From the NCBI GenBank assembly GCA_048213135.1, contig PS015173.1:1-64000 (forward strand): a DNA stretch of 64,000 bases, written 5' to 3'. A model generated the notes under the pieces. It saw nothing but the letters and a program-made list of their open reading frames with translations, was not told the DNA's origin and did not search any database. The DNA comes from Reclinomonas americana ATCC 50394 (lineage: Eukaryota). Made by a program: the position numbers and the translations under genes. Numbering within the stretch: the first letter of the stretch is position 1; each line of letters starts with the position of its first letter. Of the stretch, positions 43,166-55,700 are shown piece by piece.

Positions 43166-45220
43166 ATGAAGCAGCGAGCAGTGCCCTCGCCTTCCTCTGC
43201 TGCTGCAGCAGCTGCGACTGCTGCGGCGACTGCTGCAGCGACTGCCTCTGCGAATGGAGAGAGTGGCGCATTGCCTGGAACGCCCTCTTCGTCGAGTGTG
43301 TCGGCGACGGCCATGAGTCCAGCAGTGGAGGGTTTGATGAGCGCAGAGGGCGTGGATGCGCGTGGTGGCTCGCCTTTGCATGGGAAAGGCCGCTTGTTGT
43401 CGGCGGCCAGCAGCAGTGCACGTGGCGAGCACGGGGACGGCGGTGGGCATCATAATCACGGCCACTTGTCGGTGTGTGGGCTGAGTGGGCGGGCGATGAT
43501 GCTGGCCACGCTGTGCTTGATTGCGCTGGGAGAGAACTTGAGGTGCGTGCGCACGGAAGTGAGAGAAAGAGACCAGACTGTGAGACTCACATGGTGGCGT
43601 CAATCGCAGTTACTATCTGCCGGCGCCGTTCATTGGGCCTGAGATGATCTCGCGAGGTCTCACGCAGCTGCAAGTTGGTTTTGTCGATGCCAGTCCGTCG
43701 ATTGCGTCGCTGCTGGCGACGCCGTTTGTGGCGCGCGTTCTGCGGGTGCCGGGGCGAGCGCGGATGCTGTTGTATGTGGGTCTGATGTTGCAGATTGCGG
43801 CGTACTCGGCGTTCAGTTTCATGGGCCACGTGGGCGATGGCGTGGGATTCTTAATTGGTTCGCTGACGCTGCAGTCGGCGGTCGGTGTGGCAAGCGCGTG
43901 TACGCAGACCACGAGCCTGACGCTGGCGGCGCGCGCGTATCCGAGTCAGACGGGGTGGGCGCGAGGTGTGGTGGAAACCGCCGTCGGCGTCGGCTTTTTC
44001 CTCGGCCCCGGTCTGTGCAATGTCTCCACGTGTGTTCTCTTGGCGACTGACTGATTTTCTTCCGCGCGCAGTGGTCGGCGGCTTGCTGTACTCGGCCAGC
44101 TCGTTTGCCTTCCCGTTTGTGGTGATGACGGTGTTCATGTGCATCTGCCTGGCGTCCTTTGAGTGCGTGCAACGGAGAGTACGACTGCGCGATGAGGGCG
44201 ACGAGTCCACACTGGATGCTGGCGGCGACGAGATGGACGAGGAGAATGGGGGCGGAGATCCGGAGGATGTGCGCGAATATCGCGGCGAGAAACCACTGTG
44301 GAGAATTATGTTCGGGCGCTGGTGGGTGCTGATTGGCACCATGGCCGTCTACTGCAGCTCGGTAATGTTTGGCCTGCTGTCGGCCACACTCGCACCGGCC
44401 CTCGACGGCACACTCGGCAGCGTGGGTGTGGCCATTGCTCTTGGTCTCACCAATGTGACGTACGTCGGCTCGTCGCTCTTTGCCGGCTGGGTTAGCGACG
44501 GCCAGGCGTGGTCCCGCCGATTGACGCTGCTGGTCGGTTTGTTGGCGTGCGGGCTGGGCACGCTGCTGCTCGGCCCGGCCTCCACCATGCTGGCCGAGCG
44601 GCTTCCGGACGAGGAGGGGCCACCGCTGTCGGCGTTGATGACAGTGTTGACCAGTGTGGTGCTGATGGGACTCGGTGGTGGAGTTGCGTTGTTGTGCCGA
44701 CGTCGTGAGTTGAAGAATGATTACTGAAGACATGGCAGTTTGCATACGTGGCGCCATTCCCCGAGATCACTGCGTCGCCGGACATTGGCGAACGGCGGGC
44801 GCACTTGGCCAGCGCCTTGGCCTTTGCAGCCATGGAGGCCGGGTCGTTGAGTGGCGCTATTGGAGGATCGGAGTTGGTGGAATTGGTGCGTGTGTGCATG
44901 CCGGCATTGTCACCCTGCTGGTTTCGTGCTACTCGATTGTTTTGTTCATTATTTCCTCGTTTTGTGCGCACCAGCTGGGATTCTCCAAGGCCACGCTATG
45001 GGTCGGCGGCTGCATCACTTTTATTTCGGTGCTGAGCATCGTCTACGCGGTGCAGTCGTCGTCGTCGTCATCATCATCAACATCTTCCGGTGACGCAATG
45101 GCCACATCAGGGGCGCTCATCCTCCGCAGCACAACGCAGGCGTCAGCGCTGTCGACGAACCACCAGCGATTAGGGTCGTCGACAGTAATCCAGATGCAGG
45201 AGATTAAATCGGCTATGTAA
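43166..45220 (+). CDS. MFS transporter, SLC18B1-like
   Basis: Multiple hydrophobic helices; SRGLTQLQVGFV; ARGVVETAVGVGFFLGP|VVGGLLYSASSFAFPF; AGWVSD. Confidence 0.8.
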
Positions 45221-45560
45221 GTATTGTTACGGCTGCGGTCTGTCCCGATTGACAACGATATCGAAAAACAGCTCGATCATCTCTCGCTTTCCCTTTAGTG
45301 CGTCACTCGCCGTTCCGTCACTGAATCGACACACCAGCGTAAAACCGCCCGCGCCCCAGCATCACGTGGGCGACGCGCGCGACGAACCGCCTCTCTCACT
45401 CGTCTGGTCGATTATTCCGTCGTTTGTGCGCAATTCTCCCGGAGGGACGATTCTTGTTTCGCCCCAAGTCCACCACTCGCTGAGGAGAGCACGCAACGTC
45501 GTCCCTCTCTCTCTCTCCGTTAAACGCCCCTGCTTGACCTCAAAAAACGACGCGTCCACC

Positions 45561-46103
45561 ATGCCTCACTACCCATCAGCGGTCCACCGGCCATCATCAT
45601 GGACGACAATGATGCTTCTCATCGCCTTCCTCGTACTCTCCGCAGCCACCGCCGCCGCCGCCGCCGCCTCAGCAGCCGCCGCACCACACGCCTCACAAGT
45701 CGAGGAGGCAGTTACGTGAGCGGCTGGGGCGGCGCACGTGATCGCAGAGGTACCTCACACGCTTTACGTGTGCACACAGCGACGCGAGTTCCGCAGCATG
45801 CGACGCGTCATGGCCTCCCTCAACGTGCTGGTCCACACCAACGCCACCGCGCAGAGACTCCACGCGGCACTGGAGGCCGCTCGACGCCTGCAGACTGTCG
45901 GTGAGCACGACACCAATGCCGAGGCGGCGGCGCACGATCACTCGCGCGACGCGCTGATTGCCCGCGTCCAACACATGAGCAAGCTGCAGCAGGAGGTGCT
46001 GGCGGTCTACAAGGGCGCTCGCCGTGATGTTCCACCGGCAGAGTTTGTCAAGATGGTCGAGGCGTTCAAGGAAACGCTTACCACGTACACCTCAACTAAC
46101 TAA
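45561..46103 (+). CDS. Secreted alpha-helical protein, copy 1 of a local three-member family
   Basis: Hydrophobic leader MMLLIAFLVLSAATAAA; EEA|RREFRSMRRVMASLN...LHAALEAARRLQ...SRDALIARVQHMSKL...AEFVKMVEAFKETLTTYTSTN*. Confidence 0.65.
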
Positions 46104-46144
46104 CGGAGTGGAGTAATGAACTTGTCGCTGTTTCGCTGTTTTAC

Positions 46145-46915
46145 ATGCGCTTTGCACTGGCCTCTGAGGCCATTACGACAGAGGTGGCTGCCGCTGGCAC
46201 CAAGCCAGCTGCGTAAGCCGAGCCGGGCAGCAAATCGAAAGAAAGAGAGAGAGTGTGTGTTTGCTCACGCACACACGCAGGTGTTTGTGCTGTTCTACTC
46301 GGAGACGTGTCCACCTGCGCGTGCCTTCTTCCCCTCGTTCACTGCGGTGGCAGAGGAGTACGCCAACGACGCGGTGTTTCTGGTCACAGACTGGGAGCAA
46401 TCACGCGTTTCGTCTTGTCACACACACGCTCTCTCTCACTCACTCACACACTCTCTCACTCTCTGTGTCGTCAGGATCTGGTGCAAGTGCACAGCATCGT
46501 GTCGCTGCCTGCGGTGCTGTGTCTGCGACGCGGTCGCAGCTCACAGGCCGACATTCTGGTCGGGGCGGCCAAGGCGCCACTGGTGCGCTTTGTGCGCACA
46601 CACTTGGGTCTGACGGTGGACGAGCCGCCACCAGTGGTGGCACCCACGCGCGCTCGACCAGCGGCAGCAGTGGCTCCGGCACCACCGCAGAGTGGCGGAG
46701 GAACGACGAGCTCGACGGCCAGTGCGCCCAAGCGATCTGCAACAGCAGCAGCGGCACCTACAGCAGGAGGAGGAGGAGGCAGTAGCAGTCGATCGGCCAC
46801 TGCAGTTGCCGCTGCGCCTGTGCCACACCATCACACGAACGCCGACAGCGACGATGACGATGATTACGGTGGTGGCGAGTTGGACGACGATGACTTGAGT
46901 ACAGATGAGCTATAG
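46145..46915 (+). CDS. Thioredoxin-like protein (CxxA active site) with Ala/Pro tail ending in TDEL; start, and possible fusion to the upstream gene, unresolved
   Basis: (KP)|VFVLFYSETCPPARAFFPSFTAVAEEYANDAVFLVTDWEQSR|DLVQVHSIVSLPAVLCLRRG...ILVGA. Confidence 0.7.
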
Positions 46916-47191
46916 CGGTGACTGGCGAGGAGGGTGAGGAGGGAGAAGGATAAGATGTCGATCTGTCTTGGTCGCCTTGACACAAACGGTGGGGTGGCGA
47001 TAATGACTGTGGAGCACACCCCCTTCACTGCTACTAGCGGATGGACGACGCAGGTGTACCGCAAAACATCGTTGGCAAAACATTTTATATAGCAGCTACA
47101 TAGTTAGTACATGATACAGAATAGTGGGTGACAGTGCCCAGCACGTCGTCTTCTCCAACCAGAGGGTCCTCTCTGGCTGCCGCAAGAGGCA

Positions 47192-47782
47192 TTACTCGGG
47201 ACGAGCAAACTCAGTGAGCGCCGCCTCAAACCTGCACATGCACGACGTGTGAGTGTGCAGTTGTCCCAAGCACAAACATTGGCAAAAAAACGCAACTCAG
47301 ACATGAGGGTGGTGAACTCCTTGATGTGGCGCACGTTCTTGGCGTCGAGGTGCTTGAACGAGGCCTCCACAGTGCCAAACAGCGAGTTCAAGTTGACCAG
47401 CGCACGCTCCAACACAGTGCGGCTGCGCGGGTTCTCGGCACGGCGACCACCGCGTGTCTGGTGCATGCGCATCGAGGTCAGCGCGGCCTCCAGCACACCG
47501 GCATCGGACGAGCTCTGCTTGGCCTGCTCATGCACACACACAGCGTGAGTGGCTCTCTGTGTGATCACTCTGGTCGAGTGCGCGCCTAGTCACCTTGTTC
47601 ACGTGGCGGAGCAGCTGGCGCCAGCTGCGATAGTCGGCGCGGGCCTTCTCGTACAGGGCAGAGGCATCACCCAGGGCTCCCTCGTTGCCAGCGTCCTCGG
47701 CAGAGACGGCAGCGTAGGCGGTGGTGGCGGCCAGAGCGCACAACACCAGCAACAGGAGGAGTGTTCGCACAGAGATGATCAT
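47192..47782 (-). CDS. Secreted alpha-helical protein, copy 2
   Basis: MIISVRTLLLLLVLCALAATTAYA; YEKARADYRSWRQLLRHVNK|AKQSSSDAGVLEAALTSMRMHQTRGGRRAENPRSRTVLERAL...EFTTLMSE|FEAALTEFARPE*. Confidence 0.75.
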
Positions 47783-48509
47783 GATTGGGTGGGGTGGGGT
47801 GGGGTGTGTGTGTGTGTGTGTGTGTGTGGTGGTGTGTGTGTCGTCGGTGGTGGTCGTCGTCGCGGCGNNNNNNNNNNNNNNNNNNNNGTGTGTGTGTGGG
47901 TGTGTGTGTGTCTCGGGTGAGGTTCGCTCGCGGCGTTGATACAAGGGACGGTTGTCTGGAGTGCGGAAGGGTCGGAAGAATGCGTGCGCGCGGTCGGGAC
48001 GATCGGAATAACATGGCGAGCTGCTACTGCTGGGCCGGCACACCTCGCAGAGTCTCGAGAGGCCGTATGCGGTGTAAGCGTGACCCTCTTGTGGCTCGTC
48101 ATCCCACATGGTGTTGCCAGCAAGTCTGCCAAAGTGCAGCTGGTTTTGATAACAAATATATTTCTGTTTTGTTCTCCTCTCTCCTGTCTGCTCGCAGTTG
48201 GAGTGCCGACAAGCTCATTCGTGCGCGATTGGGCGCAGTGCAAGTTCTCGCTGTTTCTTCTCTCGCATGGCAATGGACAACGAGTTTCTAGTCGTTTTTC
48301 TAAGTGTTTTACATTCTACCGTACACCACCAGCAACAAGAAGCAAACAAAATTGGTGCCAACAAGCCATGCAGGCACGCAGGCACACAGACACCGAATCG
48401 CATAACATCGTGATCACGGTGCTGCTCCGTGCGCGCCATTCATGCTGGCACTCGAAAAGGAACCAAAACGTTCTTGTTGCGGCCCAAGGGGCACGCGTAC
48501 GCCTGTCGT

Positions 48510-49250
48510 CTACTCCGAGCGCGCCACGCTTTCCAGCGTCTGCTCGAACTCGCGCACGAGGGTGTTGAACTCGCGAACATCGCGAGCGTTGGTGGAGCTG
48601 TGTGTGCGGAACGCGGCCTCCACAGTGCCAAACAGCTGCACGCACAACAAAACCAAGTAAGCCACCACTTCTACTTCAGGAGCCACCCCCGCCACACCAC
48701 CACCACCACCACCGCGCTGGCCAAGTTTCCCTGCAATTTCGTTAACCACACACCCCATCCTTCTCCTCTCGCTCTCTCTCCGTCCTCTTCGTGCTCACTC
48801 TCGTTTGTCAAACAACGCACCAGTGACAACTGGGAGACCGCACGATCCAGCACCGTACGGCTGCGTGGGTTGTCCATGCGCCGTCCACCACGAGTCTGGT
48901 GCATGCGCATCGAGGTCAGGGCGGCCTCCAGCACACCCGCGTCCATCGTGCTCTCGCGTGCCTGTGCGCTCTCGGCGTGAGTTCAAGCACAACATAGAGA
49001 GAGATGGACAGAGAGAAGGGTCACGCACCTTGATCACGTGGCGCAGCAGCTGCTTCCAGCTGCGAAAGTTCTTGCGCGCACTCTCGTACTCGTCCATCAT
49101 GGCCTGCGTCGGGGTGCTGGGCATCGACAGTGACTGGCGAGCCTCCAGCTCCTCTTCAGCGTCCCAAGCAGACACCGAACACGCCAGCAGCACCACCATA
49201 AACGCGCACAGCGCCAGCACCAGCAGCAGTGGTCTCGTCATCTTGGTCAT
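48510..49250 (-). CDS. Secreted alpha-helical protein, copy 3 (tandem paralogue of copy 2)
   Basis: MTKMTRPLLLVLALCAFMVVLLACSVSA; YESARKNFRSWKQLLRHVIK|...MDAGVLEAALTSMRMHQTRGGRRMDNPRSRTVLDRAVSQLSL|LFGTVEAAFR...EFNTLVREFEQTLESVARSE*. Confidence 0.75.
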
Positions 49251-49703
49251 TGCTTTGGGCGCTGCGTGCTGTCCGCGAAATAATCTGGCGACGCATGTCA
49301 GTCTCATACACACACGCACACACACACACACTCTGCCACTGCTCACCAACACACTGAAAACGAGTATACGCGACAAACGAAGATTGGCGATTGGGTGAAT
49401 AGGAGGTCCGATATTCAGCACAAGTCGCAGTTCTCTCCGACTCGTCCAGCACTGAACTCATATGCGGGTGCGCGAACATGCACTGGCACTATGTGAGGGG
49501 AGTCCGGAATCCGTGCACGTGCATAGACCGTGCATGTGCACATGAAGGCAGTCGTTGTCCTGTCGTCCGGTGATCGGACTAGACCCGGCAAATCCTGTCA
49601 CACGATCTCAGTCGCATTACAGTCGCACATCCACAGCGAGAGAGCACCTGCGTATCCCACTCGTAGGGTCCTTGTGGGGGGCAGTTAATCGTGCACACAT
49701 CCA

Positions 49704-52700
49704 ATGTCTGACAAGAACAAAAGTTGTGTGACATGCCCAGTCTCACGCCTGTCTCACGCTCACCGACTTGTATGTTTGTGTTTGTGTGTGTGCAGGTGGC
49801 TCATCAGGGTCGGCGGGGGGCCGATGGGGTGAGTTGCTTCATCTCACTCCTCGTATCCATTCTGCATCGAGTTTACGATTCTCCGCAGGCCCGGCGCACA
49901 ACACACGCAGTCAAACTGGTGGTGCGTTTTGTGTGAGTGTTGTGGTGCACAGTGTTAGGTGGCTACATTATGTGGAGTGTGAATGAAACAAACATGCAAA
50001 ACGCAGCCGCCGCCGCCGCCGCCACCGCCACAGCGGCACCCACCAAACCGGCATGGAATACCTCCACCAACCCTGCTGCTCGTCCTTCGTCAGCAGCAAA
50101 ACCCCCACTGTGGCCAGGTGAGCTGGTGTGCGCTGACCATGTGCACATTGCCTGAGCTCACCACTCTTGTCCCTTCCACTGCAGGATCGATGACGCGATG
50201 TGCGTAAAAATCGTCTCCTGTGTGTGCTTTCTTTTCTGCTGCGTCTGACAAACTTGATGCACAGCTCCCACAGGCACTGGTGCAGCAACAGGAGTGGGAG
50301 CAGCTGGTCCATCCGGTGTGTGTCCCGTTGGTCTTGTCAGCTCGGTGCACTGCTGTTGTCTGGCTCATCGTCTCGACACAGGTGCTGCTGCCGGCGGAAG
50401 TCGATCCGCAGCGCAGCAACCAGAAGCACGTGAGCTCGAATCATTACATACAGGTGGTGCAGGTTCGTCGGTGGAACCCGGCGCCGGCGTCGCATCACCA
50501 CCTCGTGCAGCCCCGTTGTTCAAGGGTGGCGCAACTGCCGCACGTGATGCCGCGGAGCACAATGGTACGCTCTGTGGTGCCGCCTTTCTTTGCCTCGCTC
50601 GCTTGACAGCAGTAACTCACTCCTAATCCCACGTGTCAGCGCGCGAGGCTGAGAAGCAAGCTCGACGCACCGACGCCGCACTCCGAGGTTGGTTGCTCTC
50701 TCTCGCTCTTCTTATTCTCCCATCGACAAGTGTTGTTGAAAATAGCGTGCTTGGTACATGTGCAGCCAGTGACGTCGCGCCCCGGTGGCCTGCAACCAAC
50801 AAAGGCACGCGTGCCAGTGTGGACGGTCGCGTGGGCGGCGACCCAGGACGAGGTTTGTTTTTCTACCGATACCTGCACCCCTCTCCATCTTGCTGAGTGT
50901 TTTGACCATCGCAGAGGCTGCAAACGACCGTGACAATCGGTCGAAGCGGGCAACTCTGCCACCACAAACTGGGTCGCTGGAAGAATTCCCTGCACTGGGC
51001 GCACCAGCAGGCCCGGGAGCACGCGCTGCGCACTCGTTGTCCTCGTCGGCTGCTGGCGGCTCAGCATCTGCCGGCAGCGGAGCCGTGGATGACATGCGCA
51101 GCATGCCAAGTGCACGACTGCGTGGTCCTGGGGACATCGTCGACTTGCCCCAGCCCCCATCGCCGGGTCGCGGACAACCTCGCCCAGATCAACAATCGTC
51201 GCCATCCTCGGCCGCATCTGGTTCCTCGTCTGTGATAACGGGGTCGGCGGCTGCCTTTGCGGCTGCCGCTGCAGGAGCAGGCGCAAGCGCTACCGCTGCA
51301 GACGCCGCGCCACCAGTGAGCTTCCGAGCCAACACGAAGAAAACTGGTGGTGTATTCTACCGATGGCTCGGTATCGGTCAAGGCTATGAATCGAAATGGG
51401 CCGGGGAGGTGGCGGACGTTCTCGCTCAACCACCGAGCTTTGATCCGTCGGCTCGTCTCGGTGGCGTGACGCGTGTGTTCAGCGGCTTCGATCGCAACAA
51501 TCAGCTCAGGGAGAACTCGGTACGTTGATCCCCGCGGTCGGCTGGTGAGGAAGAACACATGTGATTCAAATTGATGTGTGTGCAGAATTTCAAGGCCGAT
51601 GTGCAGCAAATGATTGATGTCTTCAAGCAATGGTTGGGCTGGGAGGGCTTGGACTTTGGCGCAGAGTACGTGACCATTATCGTCGCGGAGGAAAAGTTGG
51701 CATCGTGCGTACTGTGAACAGCAGAGATGCCTTGCTGTTGTGAATAGTGTGCTCATCGTTGGTGTCAGGTATGCTGTGCTGGGTGGCGTCGAGAGTGACA
51801 TGCGCTCACAAACGGAGCGTGTCGTGGAGCAGCTGTCGAGACTTCTGAACGGCGACATTACTGTCATCAAGCAATGCGTTGACGTCATGAAGGCCTTGCA
51901 GGCAGCGTCTCCGGGTGCCGTGCGCCATTTTGACCACGTTCTTCACGACCTGGTTGAACGGCACCAGCCGCGCACTGAACAAAACTTCCTGTGCCTTCTC
52001 ATGCGCCTGCTGTTGACAGTATCCCTCTCACAAGGTTCACTCCATCGATCGTGAGGCCATGCGTGCGTGTCTGTGTAACTGATGGTGTAAAATATGATAT
52101 TGGCGCAGTCGTGCTGGAGGAGGACTGGATGCTGTTTTGGGAAGGCTGCACTGATGGTATGATGTGATGAGCGGCATCACCCGTTGTTGCCTTTGTTGCG
52201 GTGACTCACGGTGCTGCTCCGGCACAGTCGACTACTTCACGAAGCTGAGAACTGAAGAGCACGTTGCTCGCGACTTTCGCGAGTTCTACCTGCTGCTCCC
52301 GCTCTCTGTTCGAATGGCAGTCAACTTTTCGCGTTACGTCTGCCTCCCGTCATCTTGCCAAGCCGATATCTGTCTTACACATGAGCTCTTGAACATTTTT
52401 CTTGTCACGAAAACAGTGTGGGCCACGGTATGTGTGTTTGCCTGTGTACTGCTAGATGTATGTGCAAATGCTGACCGTCGCTGTGACACGACAGCGACGG
52501 GATTTGATGACCGTGGTAGGCGCACGCCGCTTCAAGGAGCTTTTGGCGCTGTTTCCGAGACCACTCGTGGATGCGGGCTCTGTGGAGAATGCGCAATACT
52601 TGGCATCACTCGTCTCCACCCGACTAGAATTGCAAAACCGCCCGTCTCCCGTTGTGCGCGAGTGGATGGGCACGTTGCTGGAGTGCAGCACCTTGGTTGT

Positions 52701-55700
52701 CACTCACGAGAGTGCTGCGGCGCGTGTAAGTGGAGCTCTGATCGACTTGCTTCTCGCTGACACCAGGAGTAGACCGGTTAGTGTTGTGCCTTTGGTGACT
52801 CAATCCCTCCGCTTGCTCACGTTGTCGCTGCGCAGGACCACATTGTGGAGCGTCTGGAGGCTGTGGTTGACGCAGCCAGCGAAAGCGTATGCCGTGACCA
52901 GGTCATGCAGGCCTTTTGGCATCATTGGGCTGCGCGAGTCGACGGACTGCGTCCCAGTGTGCTGCGGGGGTGAGGCACTCTACCTTCCACATTTCGGTCT
53001 GTTCACCCAGGCGACTCACATTGCCGCGGCTACAGTGTGCTTTCGTCGAGAAAGCTGAAGACTCTGCAGTTGGCGTCGCACTTTGTGTCGGAGGAGGGCC
53101 GTGTGCACATTCAGATATGGGCACGCACGTTGGAACCCGACACGCTGTTCCTGACCGTGAATGCCATCAGCGACGCCATTGACACCAGCCGGGTTAATAC
53201 CTTGCACCCCTTGCTCGTCAACGTGATTGAGGGACTGGCCTCGGTTCCTGGTGCTACTCGCCCAGTTGACACGTCGCTCGCTGCTATACTGCGCATCCCC
53301 GAAAGTCTCATTTCAGTGCGTGCCTATACCAGAGCGCTGTTTTGCGTCATGTAGTAGCGCTCATCTCGTGTTGTCATGTTGCTTGTTGCCTGCAGCTGTG
53401 TCGCCGCATCCAAATGGCCGAACACAGACCTGTCATTCAGGCTGCCTTTGAGAAGGTGACACACAGAGACTGCATGCGGCCAAGTGCACTATTACTGTGT
53501 CTCTGACCGCGCTTCTCCGTGTGAATGCAGCTGCTTCGTGAGTTCCGACCGCGTCAAGTCACCGCTGTCCTCCAACGCGTGTCATTGCAAGTGGGTCTAT
53601 GGAGAGACATGTCGGATGCCGCGCAACGCATCGCCTCGGCCAGTATGATGGTGACACTGTTGCATCAGACTGTACTCCACCTGTGCCAGCGGAATGGGTT
53701 GGTTCGTGAGATGATGATCACGCAGACACGTTTGATGTACCATAACATGCTGACTTTTCTTCTGGCAGACGCCAACTCAACAACACGAAATCATGATCGA
53801 TTGCTGCAACGAAATGGCCCTCAACCCAGAGTTGTCTCTGCTGGAGGTCATCTTCACACTCATCGCATTCGGCGACGCCGTGAGAGACTCGGCCGCCATT
53901 CTCCCGCTGGCCACGCAGCTCAATCACGTGGCGCGCTGGGGTCGTACTCGACTCAGTCGCCTGCCACTTGGCTACAGGGAACTGCAATACCCCAAACATT
54001 TTGAGGCGCAGTTCGTCCAGGTACACACTCGTTCATTCATTCGTTGCTCTCTTTGTTTGTCCTCATCATCTCGGTTTTGTCGCACAGTTGCAAGATGGTG
54101 TCGTATGCTGGGGAGATCGCATCCTCCGTCGCTTGCTTTCCGAAGATGATGTGCTTGCCATCTGCGCCGGTGTCGATGGCTTCAACCAGCTGTGTGAGTG
54201 CTTCATTGCGTCTCTGATTCCTGTGGTTCCCGATGCTTATGTTCTGCTCGCCTTCGTGCGGCCCCTTTTTTTAATCACACAGGCGCCACATGTGGCGTGA
54301 GGCTTGTCGTCAATCCCGCTGAGTTGCAGCAGGCGGTGGAGCGTGCAAAGGTTGCACACGAGCGACTCGAGCTGGCCTGGGAGTGGCTGCGTGGTCACCA
54401 GATTGCCGGCGCAGAGGGTCCTATTGAACCGGTGAGTTGGATTTTTGCCATGCGCGTGTATTGTGTTGCTTTCATACTCAATCTGTCACGCGGTGGTCCT
54501 GTCGCAGTGGAATCGGACCACCATGATATCAGACGCCGACTTTGCAGCACAGCGATGTGCCAACGATCTCCGCCTCGATGAGAGACAGTTTCGCGCGCTG
54601 CATTACTTCCTCGGCCACAAGGTCTGTGCGAGGCTGAAGTGCTGCATTCTACTCTCCCCGTCTGTGCGCTCATCCGTACGTTGTAGAGCATTCTCTTCCG
54701 CAGTTTCTTGGAAGACGAACTTGCGGGTGTTCGCGGCCAGGCCATTGGTTCCACTCAATTCGGGCAGATGGTGACGCGCACCGAACATCGCCTGCATGCT
54801 CTCATCGAAGACAGCCGTGTGCGACTGGCCGATCTTCAAGGCCTGCAACAAGTGACGCGTATTGCTGGTGCCGGCCGTGCTTTCCAAGCCGAGCTGACAC
54901 TAATGTTGCGCGCGCCCGCATGTTGTTGTGTTGCTTTGCCAGTCCTTGTGCCTCACTTGCTCTTTACAGCTCCTCGTACTTCAACGGCAACATGGACGAT
55001 GTGCGCCGTGTGACAGACGCGGAGATTCAACAGCGCATTGAGCGTCTTCAGTGCGCCACCAATGTTCTCGCTGCACGCTCACAGCTCCCAGCACTTCTCC
55101 AGTGCTTGCGCTCGATGAACTTGATGGGAGCGCCGGAAGTTGGCGTCCTCGTTGCGCGTGCGCACGACCTACTGGACGGTGACTCGGACCAGTGGACGTT
55201 GGCTCACGTGCAGCAGTTCCACGAGTCGCTGGTGCAGGCCCTGAATCCTCTCAGCATTGCGCATCTCGACTTCTTTGGTTTGTTCCTCCGATGCAGCAGT
55301 GTGCAGTTGTGTTGCTTTCTGATTCCTGCACAATCCATTGCAGTGGTGGTTGAGCAGGCGCACCCTCTCATCGAGTTCTTGCGTGGCGAGAACGAGTCCA
55401 TCCATGCCATCTTCGACAAGCTCAACACCAATGTCGGACATGCGGGCATTCAGCGGGAGCTGCTGAACGAAGTGCAGGCGGCGTATCCACTGCTGGCGCC
55501 GCTTTTGCGCCCGAACTGCACTTTCCATGAATTGGCGCGCCACATTCGTGGTCGTCTACAAGATGGCCGTGACGGAGCGATGCAGTTGCAGGTGTGGCGT
55601 CTGCGTGCGGTGTGTGTGTGCACTCGTGTCTTTGTACTGACGCTTCGGTGAATGTAGTGTGTTGTGCGCAGTGCGCAGAATCTGACGCAGATCCAGCTGC

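Noticed and set aside
47900-48300. Possible small plus-strand gene between the secreted paralogues (pyrimidine tract and cgcag at about 48197)
   Set aside because: No convincing start or recognisable protein in any splice combination I tried.
49400-49700. Possible snRNA or other ncRNA in the intergenic region
   Set aside because: No U1 5' end (ATACTTACC), Sm site or tRNA boxes seen. No RNA gene could be supported anywhere in the window.
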